Of a DNA stretch of 58,054 bases, positions 1-12,100 are shown in pieces. The notes beneath the pieces are model-generated. The model was not told the DNA's origin. It ran no database searches and saw only the letters and a list, made by a program, of their open reading frames with translations. Numbering within the stretch: the first letter of the stretch is position 1; every line of letters begins with the position of its first letter. The DNA lies in assembly GCA_050230475.1 (NCBI GenBank), contig JBFLGF010000203.1, positions 1 through 58,054 of the forward strand, in the 5' to 3' direction. The DNA is from Ancylonema sp. (lineage: Eukaryota). Made by a program: the position numbers and the translations under genes.

Positions 1-185
1 AGGGGACGGACCCTCTATGTCCACCAGCCCGGCAGCAGACGAGTTCATGGCCGGGCTCATGAGGATCACGCCAGCAGACGTGCACATGCAGGTGGGGGGG
101 AGGAAGGGAGGGGGATCAGTGGCATCATGCCTTAAAGTATCTTTCTTGTCGTTCATTTTCCTCTTTTGTTCACGCGTTGGCACTA

Positions 186-358
186 CAGTGAAACCTGTCT
201 CAATTAATAATGTGCTAATTAATATCCTGTCTTATCTTATAGAAAATCTTCCGCCCGATTTCGGGTTATCACCCAAAATCTGACTTGTTAATTAATAACG
301 TGTACTAATTAATAGGTTATCCCGGTCCCGACAGTATTAATTAAGACAGATTTAATTG
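186..358. mobile_element. Tc1/mariner (pogo-like) MITE, ~170 bp
   Basis: Begins TA|CAGTGAAACCTGTCT and ends in a degenerate inverted copy (AGACAGATTTAATTG). The reverse complement closely matches 16406-16584. Confidence 0.7.
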
Positions 359-3300
359 TGTTCTCCTTTTCTATTATAATTGAAGTGGTATCCATGATTA
401 ACGTAATGTTTTTTTTTTTTTTTTTTTGTTTTTTCTTGTGTCCAGACTGACGAGGACTACTGGTTGGACTCTGCGTTTGGTCACCATGCACCCATTTCGG
501 ATTTGTGGAGCAACGAATGTATCCGTTCCAATTAATAGCACCATCTTGGATCATGTGAAACACTAAGACAATACTACCTCGATAAATGTCATTAGGCAGT
601 ACAAAACCCGAGTCACCTTGTCAGTACACCCCTCCTTTCTCCTTGTTGGTCTCCGTTTCCCCTTCCTCCATTTCCTCGCGGATCTGATCATAGATTATCG
701 GAGCTTAGAACATGTGATATATCGTGGGTATAATGAAATGTGAGACCTATGTGGAGCAGTCAACAATAGGAACATATTGTTGGGCCCCTTTTCAATCCCC
801 ATATCGAGTTCTTATTGTGAGTGAGATACCAAAGAAAGCATTCCCTAACTCCACATCAGCGTCGGATTGGGACAACCTCTTGCAAGCCAAGCACCGTCTG
901 GAAGACCACCTCCATTCGGGGGTAGAGACGCCCAAAAACTGCTCTGCAAACAAACCACTACACGCGGCAAGTTCCAAGGGGGAAGTGTAGGAGAAAGAGC
1001 CAGAAAAAAAAAAAAAAAAAAAAAAAGGGCGCCACGGGTTTTGGCTCGTCGTTTTTCTAGGGAGGATGTTGGAAATCGATGTGATGGGACAAGGATTAGT
1101 GCGATATAGATTGTGGAAGCGTGGAGGGCTCTGGAAAAATCGTGGAGGGGGAGATACGAAAAGCACATTTGGGTGTGGCAAAGCTCGCTCGGATGATGTG
1201 GTTTTGAGGAATATGCATATGTGCTTGTATGTAGTAGTGTTGTTGTAGAGAGATCATGGCTCATCTTGGGACATACTTGGTCGGAACCTAGGGTCTCACT
1301 TTTGAGATATAGTACGGAGGAAAGTTGATGTGCATAGTGGATCAAAGAAGTGGCAAGAATTTGCGGACAAGCGTTTCAAGTGCAATGTAGTTTAGAGTAA
1401 GGCACGATGTTTCGTGTTCCTCTACCTGAGGAGACGATGCAATATAAGGTAGTATGATGAATTGGACCGCCATGTAGAGTTGTGAATACGATTATGACAA
1501 ATAAGTGAGGGGGTAGTTAAGCTTGGAGTGTAAGCTTGTGTGTGACTTCCATTGCGACAACGACTCTCACATGCCGTTTCATCAAACAGGAGGTAGTGTT
1601 TTTCTTCAATATATGTACCTAACGCCAATGATTTTGATTTTGACATGATTTTTACACGCGTAGTCATGAAGCGCCCCCGCGCGGTGGTGTTTGCGAGAAG
1701 GTGCACACTTAGGATCATGTTATGTATTTTGCATCGTTGCGTACGAAAAGAGATGCCCCCCCCAGCCTACCCCCTCCCGTCTCGTGTGCTGAAAGGATGT
1801 CTCCTGACAACGGAGTGGGCAATCGCAGTAGGTTTACCACCCCATTCCTGACTGGGGGTGATGGGATACAAGGAAGTACGGGGGTGGCGGTGTGAAGAAA
1901 TATTTTACCGCACACAAAACATTGACCCGCCCGTCTCCACCTTTTGTTCAAAAACCCACCTTTTGTTACCTTAAACTTAAGTCTCTATGACGGGGGACCT
2001 CCTCACCCTCTCCCCACCAGCTTGATAGGAGCGGGGGGGAATTTGGATATCGTGCATACATATTTTCTAGTTGGTCAACGCGAGGTTGAGAATTTGTGCT
2101 TGTCCGCTTGGCGTATCGCATTTGTGTCGGACGAGCGACGTGTCATAATCAATAGAAGATGTTTGACCCCCAAACTTTTGAATGTCATCTACCCACCAAC
2201 GGGTGTCGTCGTCACACCATAAGAAAACTACATTGTCGAAATATTTCCTTGAAGTACAATGCGAAATACCATTATATGCACCTCTCTTCCAACCGAAGCA
2301 ACATCGGTTGCACCCTCATCCATTTTTGGAGGCCTCCGCATGATGTAGTGTGGACATGTATGCTTGTCAGATGTTATCTTATGTTCCCGTCACACTGATT
2401 CCTCCCCCGTTTACATTTTCGTTGTATCCAATTTTTTCGTGATACTCATCGTCCGTGATGAAGGACGGACTCCCTGACCGCTCGCGCAGATGAGCGTCAA
2501 CCATTCACACAATATGTGGACGTGTTATGGTTGAGACGATAACTGTTTCTTGGCAACGAAACAAGACACAAAGAAAATATGAGTACTACGTATACGCGGC
2601 GATGTGAAGTCCAAGGACGCACGTTTATTATAAACCCTTGATCGCACAATCACATAAGATTGTCGAAGTAGAAGGTGCTACACGGATAAACGTGACTGTT
2701 CATTGAAGGATGGTCAATGACCAAATCCGAGGCGATAACAAACAAACGAACAATGACAACATCACGATTCCATGATCCCTTTTGGTAATCAGGCGGAAAA
2801 TCGGTTGAATCACCTCGACCCGGAGGTGTATCCTCCATGAGGCTACTAAGTCGATCGAGTAGTACAACCCGGTGTACTGGCGATTCCATGCTACGTGTCG
2901 GAGATCGAATGATGTTGTGCAAATTTCGATTGCACGTTTATTATTCACAAAGTTGCATTTCAGGTTTGTGAACGTGTGGAAGGTTGCCATAACGTACTGG
3001 CCGGAAACGATGATCCAACGGGTTTGAAGCTTAAAGTTTCCGAGGTAAAAGTTCCCGGGACAAGTTTCCGAGTATGTGAATGATATAAAAACAGAATATT
3101 GAGTCAATATTTCATGATCCACATATGGAGTGGTTCATGAAATTCACAAAAAAATGTATGATACTATCCACCCTTTCCTTTTTTTAGTGTCATCATCGCT
3201 CACGAGTACGTGCAGTTCGACACCGCCCCACAAAAATTACCCAGGACTCTACACATATGGGCGAGACAGATGCAACAAAAGTCCTTGCCCTGGACGGTGA

Positions 3301-3367
3301 TCGTTTTACAGTTATGTTCAAGTACCTCATAGAACACGTACAAATACACACGAGAATAATCCAATTA

Positions 3368-3947
3368 CAGTATAACCTATCTAAAGGAATATTGTATAAA
3401 GGAATAACTTGTCTAAAGGACTAGAAAATGTCCCTTCCGACGTTGGGGGAGTGTAATTATTCCAAAACCTGCGTAACTCTCTAAAGGAATACTTTTCTAG
3501 CCCCCCGGGGTATGTGTAAAGGAATAAAGTACAGAATCCGTACATTTTTTTACAGATTTGTGTTAATCCGTACCGTATTCGTATCTCCCAAGTTGTGGAC
3601 GTTACGATAAAACACGCAAAATGAAAAGATAGGGCCCGGGCAATATTTGCCGAGTGGTATCACTGCCTTCCACGTGCACATACATTGTTGGAAATGACAA
3701 ATTTGGCACCTAGTATCTCCCATATTATGGGAAGTTACTCGAGACACGCTACACGACAAAATAGTGTCTGTGTGAACCGGAAAAAAACGTTTGAACGGAT
3801 TCTGAGCTGGATATTGGCTTGTTTCCCGTCGTAGGAACATAGGAACGGATTTCACGACATTTAGAACCAAAACTGTCTAAGTACAACACCTGTCTAAAGG
3901 AATACTTTTCTCATCCCCGACAATTTTCCTTTAGACACGTTATACTG
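3368..3947. mobile_element. Tc1/mariner MITE, 580 bp
   Basis: TIRs CAGTATAACCTATCTAAAGGA / TCCTTTAGACACGTTATACTG with TA on both sides. Internal repeats of TGTCTAAAGGAATA. Confidence 0.85.
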
Positions 3948-4115
3948 TATTATGGATGCTTGAATATTCCTCAAAGCTATTCACCTCAGATGATCAAAGT
4001 GCATTTTGTAACGAACGACACAAGGACGATCAAGCACTGCTTCTCGACTCCGACCGCACTCAATCGCATCGTATCACGAATCGGTGTTTTTTTTTGAAAA
4101 ATCCGTTAAAACTTA

Positions 4116-4399
4116 CCGTACCCGCCATAATTAATTCCGGACAGTTTTTATTGGTTTTCTAGTGGGACAAAAAATCGGGTTCTATAAATCAATTGCGTTC
4201 TTGAGTCCCATTATTTCTCAATTTTTAAATCAAAATCCCGGTAATTCCTAGTATTTCGAAGTCAAACTCCCGTTGTTTCCCGATTTTTGGGGCTTGAGAA
4301 TGGTTACTTCCCGGTTGCAGAGGGGTCAATGATTTGCTAGGGATACGTTGTATTATTTCCATTTGGGGTTTGGTGGGGAAATAAAGATGGCGGGTATGG
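4116..4399. mobile_element. Tc1/mariner-type MITE, ~285 bp
   Basis: TIRs CCGTACCCGCCAT / ATGGCGGGTATGG with TA on both sides. Confidence 0.7.
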
Positions 4400-4512
4400 T
4401 AAACAAGGTACTAAAATTCGATAATTATAAGAAAGTTGCAAATGTATAGAACAGGGATAAATTAAGCACATGGGAACACTTCGGGACACTTGATGTAGAC
4501 AAAGCATTATTA

Positions 4513-4707
4513 TGACGTGCTATTTGGAGTCGGCCGCCTGGAATGATGTTCTCAACACTTTGTCACAATTGTTCTCGAATGTTTCTCAAAATGATGCATG
4601 TGGTAATGCTCGTGGTGGTGCAGCGATGATCTCTAATGGGTTGGTATCGATGATGTTCGTAGGTGGTAGAAGGGTCCCTGGTGGACTTGGTGGTCCAACT
4701 GCTCTCA
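4513..4707 (-). repeat. Repeat B2 of retroelement copy 1
   Basis: Diverged direct repeat of 5868-6061; TGAGAGC...CACGTCA on the element strand. Confidence 0.9.
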
Positions 4708-4708
4708 C

Positions 4709-5865
4709 TAAGTAGTATTGCAGATAGAGTCTCTGCTGAGATATCAATATTATATCTATCACACGTCTCACTGGTCTGGTGAAATTCACTACTTAACGCC
4801 GAGGGCGAGCTAACATATGGTTTATAATACAAAAGTCTGTGAAAATATTATAAAACAAACAAGATAGTCTGGTGCACACTATCAAGGTTAGCAGCCGTAA
4901 GAGTTACTTTCGGTACGAAAGCAAAGTATCGACGGCGCGTCGATAAAAGATGCTGGCTCAGAAAGAGCGTCAGCAGACAGGTGTTTACAACAAATGCTGG
5001 CTCGGAGCGAGCGACAGCAAACACACACACACACACAAATGAAAGTGCCGGTTCGGAGCGAACGCAGGCAAATCGAGATATTAAAAACACACACGCACGC
5101 TTGCTGGCTCAGAGAGAGCGTTACCGAATAGATGTAAGAAATTACAATCGATAGACAAGCTGGCTCAGAAAGAGCGTCGGCAACAAATTTAGATGAATCA
5201 GATAAAAACATACACACAGAGATTGCAAAGAATGATTTGCAATCTTACCGGCTGGCTGACGGATGTGAGGCTGGGTCGGAAGACGAGCACGTTGCGAAGT
5301 CGCGTAAGCGTAAGCGAAGGAATGCAAGATTCAGAGATGCAATATTCAGAGAATTGCGAAGGATTCAGATAACACAGAAGATTGTTGAAGGGATTTCTTA
5401 TCAGCGCAATCTGACAGCGGAAGCTAACAAATCTGAAAGTACAAATTTCTTTTATCACAAAAGTTGTTGCGCGGTGCTAACCGGCTTAGTTAACTAGAGT
5501 TAGTCTATCGAAGATCACGACAGGCTGGCTTCTAGAACATTACAATTCATCTCGGCGCTCCGATGTTACTCTAGTTCTCGGCTGGATTAATCGCCGGGAA
5601 TGTCGACATGTCGAAAGTGACATTTTCGATTTACAAAGTATTGACACGCAACTATTTGTTGAAACTGCTAACTTCTAGACTTCTGAAAATACGCCACGCG
5701 TTATTTTCAAGTCGTACAAAAATAGTACTTCACACTTTTCTCAAAAAGTAATGATTCTAGATTATCGTTATATCGAATACTCTCGGTTGTAGAGACGTAT
5801 TAATCTAGAGGGGTTTCTAATCAATCTAGAGGGGTTTGGCCTTAGCGATCTCTAGCGTCATGACA
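4709..5865 (-). repeat. Repeat A2 of retroelement copy 1
   Basis: Direct repeat of 13193-14354 and inverted repeat of 55406-56561. Contains GCTGGCTCAGAAAGAGCGTC subrepeats and a doubled TCTAGAGGGGTTT. Confidence 0.92.
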
Positions 5866-5867
5866 GC

Positions 5868-6061
5868 TGACGTGCTGTTTGGAGTCGGCCGCCCGGAATG
5901 ATATTCTTCGTACTTTGACTTCTTGTTCCCGGATGTTTCTCAGAATGATGACTGTGGTAATGCTCGTGGTTGAGTAATGATGATGTTGACTGAGTTGGTA
6001 TCGATGTCGTTCGAAGGTGGTCGAAGGTTCTCAGGTGGAGTTGGTGGTCCGGTTGCTCTCA
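5868..6061 (-). repeat. Repeat B1 of retroelement copy 1
   Basis: Follows the G-tract directly, and is joined to A2 by CA-gc-TG. Confidence 0.9.
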
Positions 6062-6073
6062 CTCCCCCCCCCC
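6062..6073 (-). other. Polypurine tract (G10AG)
   Basis: GGGGGGGGGGAG immediately 5' of the TG of B1; the same tract is at 55198-55209 in copy 2. Confidence 0.8.
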
Positions 6074-6941
6074 AGATGTGGAACGCTTGTGAAGGAGCTG
6101 GGAAACAGCAGCATACGAGGTTGTGTAAGAACATGACAAAAGTGTGCCGTGGTTAGGTGACGGAAACTGAAGGGAAAGGTAAGCTAGAATCACCAGTAGA
6201 AGGTAATTGTGTACTTAATAATGCAAACAATGCACGAGGGTCAGGTGCCGATCCCTGTGCATAGGTAGGAATGGTAGAATCATCCAAATAAGTGAAAATG
6301 GAATGGTCATAATGTGGGGAAGATGGTACTTCCAGTAAGTCTGGTAGACTATTGGGTATATTGAGAGAATCCGAGAGTGTGGAAAATGTAGTTGTACAGG
6401 TGGTACTGCGGATGGTTCCGATGGTTTGTACTTAAAAGTGTGGTTGAGGAAAGAGAAATCTTCATGCTGTTTGTGATGGTGTTTCCTCGTTTGATAAGAG
6501 GGAGCATGAGATGTAGGTTGAGATTGTCGTCTTGGGTTATTGGATATCCAAGTGATGTTTGGTAGGTCTGGGATGGTTGAGGACTGATTCTGAGTGTTTT
6601 GTTGGCCAGGTAAGGACCGGAGACCAGAATTTCGTGGACCAGAAGGATCAAGTTTAACCGGTGTGTTTTTAGGCCTTAGTTTGCTTTCGATTTGTTTAGT
6701 TGAATTTAAGGACCGTGGTCGTGGGCCGGGTTTCGATACCATGTTAGGTCCTAAATTGGTGGTTTGGCTTTTGGCTGTATTGGTTTTGCCCGTAGTTTGG
6801 TCGTGAAGCTTGACTTTAGATTTGGATTTGGTCCGTCCGTGTGATTTAACAGGATTGGTTGAAATTGGTTGACTAGAGGATCTAGTGTCCCTCCCCCCCA
6901 GAGTCGAGGTTGGTAAATACTTCCGAGGTGAGGGGTGATCC

Positions 6942-8918
6942 CTATGGTTTGGTGCCTTACAAGATTTCCGCCAAGAACATGATGAGTCGTCCGTCCATCC
7001 TGTGGCCCAGGTGAGAGGCGCGCATGGCGTCGGTGAGTCGACCATGAGCTGTGTATCCCACCGGTCGTCCCAGGGCTTGCTCGATCTCGAATGGCGAAGG
7101 CGGCACGTACTATTGAGATGGTGCATCAAACAACATATCCCGATGCCGGGTCTTCCATCCGATCGCAGTGTATAGAGTCACTTGTCTCTAGAGGTCAGGA
7201 CTCAAGGTGAGGAAAACGGCCAGGCGGTTGCCCATGCGGTTGAGCTTGTGATTCACCACGTCAGGAAGGGTCATGATTTAGGAAGTGTGCCCAGGTTGAA
7301 GGAGACTTTGCAGGGTCTCCCGGGTCTGCTTGTTGGGTTGCACAAGTTCTAGCTCGCGTGGCGTAATGCAGTTGGTCCACACCTGGGTTGGGCGATGGAC
7401 GTGGCCTTGGAATTGGAGTGGTTGGAGCTCAGCAGCGTTGCCAAGGAATGCACGCACCACGTGGTACATATCGTTCACCCAAGGGGGATACTCTGGTGTC
7501 CCAATGTGGGTGCAAAAAATGTGCACCGGGTAGAATTGTGCGAGCCGAGCGCTGTAATGAATCCATTTGATGACTGCGAGGAGGAGAGCGAGGCCATGGT
7601 CTTGACCGCCACGCACAGGGCTATAGGTGTGCTCCACCTCCGTATGATAGTTACCACCGACCACGTCGAAGGGACCTTTGTGACGGAAGAGAGCATCCAT
7701 CTGCTCCGTAGTCGTGTCGGTGACGCTGGTAGACAAGATTTCATCGCAATGTTCGATTGCAGACTTCGGCAGCTGGTCTAGAAAACGGAGTTGTAGCTGG
7801 CGCAGCTTCTAACGATAGCGGTTTTTGGTGTGAATGCAGTCTGTCTGCGGCGTGACGTGGGCCACAATGGAGCCGCCTTCGAGACATATCTACACAATGT
7901 CCAGATTGCCGAATATGTAGATGTGCAGGCCAAGAGCTTCACATGCTGCTTGCGTGGAAATGATGGTGCGGGGAAGTTCGTATGCACCATTAAATGTGGG
8001 GCCTGCCCAGGTGAGGGATGGTTGAATTTTTTGGTAGTCATGTTCCATTTTGAGGTGGGCCTCCCGAAGATGAATTTGGCCATTTCGCCGGATCGTCTTG
8101 TAGTGAGCGTCTCCGTAATGCAGTATGACCGGCGCGTAGATAGAATCTGCCAATTTGTTGCGATCATCTCCGGAGAAGGCCTTAGGAGTAGCGCCCATGT
8201 TGAGGAGGTGCGCCATAGCCGGTCGAATGAATGGTTGTCGGAAGGTAAAATCTGACACACTGGTGTTGGTGCGTGCAAGTCGTTGAGCACGTCGGTTTTG
8301 TCCCTGGGGTCGCGCAGGTTTGCATAGGCACTGAGCGGCTTGTTCTTAAAAACTTCCTTCTCCATTGCCATGACGATGGCTTTCCCACGGTCCTCAGCAG
8401 TGGGTAGCTGAGAGGAAGACCTAGGAGTTGTAGGTGTAGACCGTCGACTATCCATCGGGTAGGTCTCTACTCGATGTGGTTCCGATGCTGGTGATGCCGA
8501 CTGCATGCGCTGCCGGTTGGCGGGACGTGCTTCACTCGGGGAAATGGGATGAGTGGAATGCGCCTCCCGTTTGCGCGCAGCAGTGTTAGCAGGTCTACTG
8601 ACCTCCGAGGTATCCATGGTATCATCCGTTGGTGGAGAGGGGTGCTGGCAGCAGGAGAAGGTGCAGGACTGATGGATGTAGAGGGTGCAGAGCTCGTAAG
8701 TGGGGAGATGGGGATCGGGACTGACAGCTCTCCGCGGAGGATGGTTTTTCCGATCTCAATCTGCAGCCGCTTTTCCAGACGAGCAGTGTTAGGGGCGGAT
8801 GCAAAGGCGTCCCTAGCAAGCAAGTTGCCGAAATGCACACAAGCAAGGAGATGGCGAAATGCCGGAGAGGGCAAGATGGCATGAGCCGGATGGAATATTT
8901 ATGTTGATATAATGACAA
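6942..8918 (-). pseudogene. Retroelement ORF2: low-complexity N-terminus plus DNMT3-like C5 DNA methyltransferase fold (~7950-6942), degenerate
   Basis: Reading through the stops gives HIYIFGNLDIV (motif I position), KLRQLQLRFLDQLPKSAIEHCDEILSTSVTDTTTEQM, GPFDVVGGNYH (motif IV position) and HRPTQVWTN (motif VIII), followed by the motif IX/X region seen clearly in copy 2. Stops at 7890, 7809 and 7278, plus frameshifts. Confidence 0.75.
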
Positions 8919-9163
8919 CTCGGACTGAGTGCAAGTACATGAGTTGATAGGAATGCTCTAAAGGCATTCCTATGGACTATCTATAGGAAACCGGCTCAAG
9001 TCTGAATCAAGACTACAAGTGGGAAACTAGAACTCGATATAAGAGTAAACTGGAAAGCTAAGGGCAAACACTCGTTATAGGGACAAAGTTGCTAGAAACA
9101 GATATCTCACTATAAAGGGGCAGAACTCGATATAAGGACAAAGTCGCTACTAGCACTCTAGGG

Positions 9164-12100
9164 CTAGTAGCATGGTGTAGGGGCTAGTAGCATGGTGTAG
9201 GAGGCACACTCTAGAGGCGCAGTCCTAACAAGCAACCTCGAGACGAACTTCTTGTAGTTTCTTTTCGTGGAGGACGACTTGGTCCTTAGCTTGGCTGTCC
9301 AAGTGGAGTTGAGTGTGTTCACTTGAAGTTCATATCGGTGAGTCCATTTCGTGTTCTCCTCCTCACGTGCTGCAGCCACGTCGAGTTTTTCTTGCTCATC
9401 TTTGCAATGGAGCACTAAGTTGTGCTTCTTGATGAGTTTTTCCGTTTTCCGCGTAATTGTTTCCTCGGCCACTGTGTTGGCATGTTTGTAGATTAGTGTT
9501 TTAAAAAATTTAGTCTCCGAGATCATGTCGTGGTAGCGGTTGCGTAATTCGTCTTTGTTAAGCTCGTGTAGCTCATCTGGTTCGAATGTCTCGTATTGAG
9601 CACGGGAGAGGTCTGTATCTACAGGAATGGTTGTAAGAGGCTGAATGTGGAGGTGATGTAGGATTGGTTGGAATGTCTGAGGATGGAATGACTGATGTGT
9701 CTAATTCCATAGGAGTAGAAGTCTCTTCTAATCCAGCAGCGCGTAATAATGTCTGACAGACGCTAGTGCGAGATGATATGAGTTGGGTCAAATCCATAAA
9801 CTCTGCTTTGGCAAGTGCTTCAAAAATGTATATGCGCTTGATTTTGTCCTCAATTTCAGCATACAGTCGTTGTCGTACTAGATACTGCTGAGGTATATCC
9901 ACAGTTTCTTGCAGTTCCACGTCATCCACAGTGAACTCAGGTGGAGGGTCAATGCGTTTGGAGCCAAGTGTAGGGGGATAGTTGTCCTCATAATCACCTG
10001 TTGCCACTTTGACTGGTGGTAAGGTAGGCAAGACGGCCTCTTCTGGTTGGGAGCCGAATTGGATGGAACGGCGTGGACAGACACGTGCAGAGTCATAGTC
10101 TCTGGCAGATTGGTGTGCTTGAGCTTTCTTCTCCTTCTGTTGGAGAGCTACAGCACGATCCTCAGGTGTGAGGGTCAGAGATGGTGAAGCACCGTCATGT
10201 ACACTTCCAATTTGTTTGATTGGTGTCGGATTGTGAGTAGTAAAGAAGCTAGACATAACCCACCCCTTTCCCAATCTGCCCTATAAAAGAACAGATGTTG
10301 CCAAGGGTCAGAGTAGCCACCAATGGGTCCCAGAATTTCATTGCCTAGTAAGACATCAAATTCTTTGGATGGAGACATGTGAAGTTCAATATAAATGGTG
10401 GTTGGGTTAAGTGTGCCTCTGCCAATGGTAATTGAAAAATCTTCTTTGGTTGATCCTTGCTTGACTTATTTCTTGAGCACCAGATGCGGTGATGTATGGT
10501 GTTCCAGGTTTCAACATGTTTGGTGTAATTCCAAGTTTGGATGCCATGATTCTGCCAATCATGATTTTGATGGCACCACTGTCTACTACCACCTTGTTTG
10601 GTTTCTCATTCATGATTGTTAACACCCCACGGTTGTTGCGAAGGAGTGCAATACCATTTTTGGTGTTCTGAGAATTGCGTGGTGAAGAAGTGGTGAAGTC
10701 CTGACTGGTGGTGTATTGGGCTGCAGGTTCTTGCATTGAGCTGACGAGTGCAGCCGCGTTGTCTCGTGCCTTTTCTGCGATCTGCAGTTGTGTACGCAAA
10801 ACATTGACATGGTCATGAAGCATGTCATGAAGAGCTTGTGCCTGTGGTAGAGGCATGGTTGGAGGTGCAGCAGTATCATGGAACTAGTTCATGTTGGTTC
10901 ATGTTGGCCAACATCCAAAATATTAGGAAAATGAGGTACAAATGAGTCTGGCATTTTTGTACTGTATCCCTGTCTGCGACCTCAATCCTCCCCTTCTCTA
11001 GTCCGTTGTTCTAACAATGTTTCTGGATGGGGCTCCGGGTATGGAGTGGTAGAACTACTTGGTTCAGGATCAGATTGATAATGAATTGGTGTAGTTTCAG
11101 GCAAGGTTGGTACTTGCGTTGTATTCACAGGTGTATCCACAGGTGGAGTGTGATAATCTCTGGTAGATTCCGATGGTGAGACTGCATCAGGGCTGAGAGT
11201 GACCATAGGAACATGAAATTGGGTTTGCTTCTGAATGGCCGCTTGTTTCTTCTTCTCTTTTGCAGCTACCCGTGGTGAACGTTTGGTTGACATGAGGTAT
11301 TGACATGGAATGGTATGGTCAATTACCTCGTAGTTTGTTGTCTGGTGCGACATGTTCTCAAATTCGCGTTGGCGTGCCAAGTCGTATACGTGCATAGCCA
11401 GGTAACTTGTCTCCGTCTCAAAAGTCTTCCACCCGATTTGTTTGGGTTGAGTATCTGCACTGGGTGGTGTTAGTAAGTTCTGTGCCTTGGCAAGTTTCTG
11501 ACATTGGTCTCAGGTGTGGTGTTTCCCTTTGCAGTATTCACAGAATGCATCAGCGGTGTACTGTTTTGCATCAAACTGGTGAGGTCGTGGTTTGAAAGGC
11601 TGTATGTTTTTAGTACCGTACGCACCTCCCTGAGGGTTGGTTAGTTTTGGAAGTTTTATTAGACTCGTATCCTGATGACTTTTGTTTCCTTGGTGCAGGA
11701 CAATCACGCGAAAGGTGTCGAGTCTGATGACAGTTATAGCATTCCATGTTGTTATCCTGTCGCGGTGTTAGTACACCTGTTGGTTTAGGAGCATTGTAAG
11801 GAGTAGATGGACTGTATGAAGGTAGTTTAGGCGATTTGGTGATCCGAGCTGCGCGGTCCTGAGCATCTTGTTTCATACGTAGTAATTCAGCCTTGTTGGC
11901 TTTCTCCATAATCTCCTTCCGTGTGATAGGAGGATCTGGTGGATTTTTGTTATACCTTTCCTCTCATTCACGGAAATGCCAGTCGTCGATATAGGGCTGT
12001 AGTGGTAGAGGAATATGTGGTAGATACCTCCTAGCCAGTTGTTCTTCTGTCATGGCACCTGCCTCTTGAACAATTGTTGCTGATTCATTAAAGCGTGCAA

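Noticed and set aside
400..3300. Possible decayed transposase or gene fragments
   Set aside because: Some coding-like peptides, but no recognisable motif, termini or consistent frame.
7890..8258. OTU protease-like motifs (LHYGDAHY, WAG...ALGLHIYIF)
   Set aside because: The motif order is wrong for OTU, no catalytic Cys motif was seen, and the segment leads directly into the MTase motif I position.
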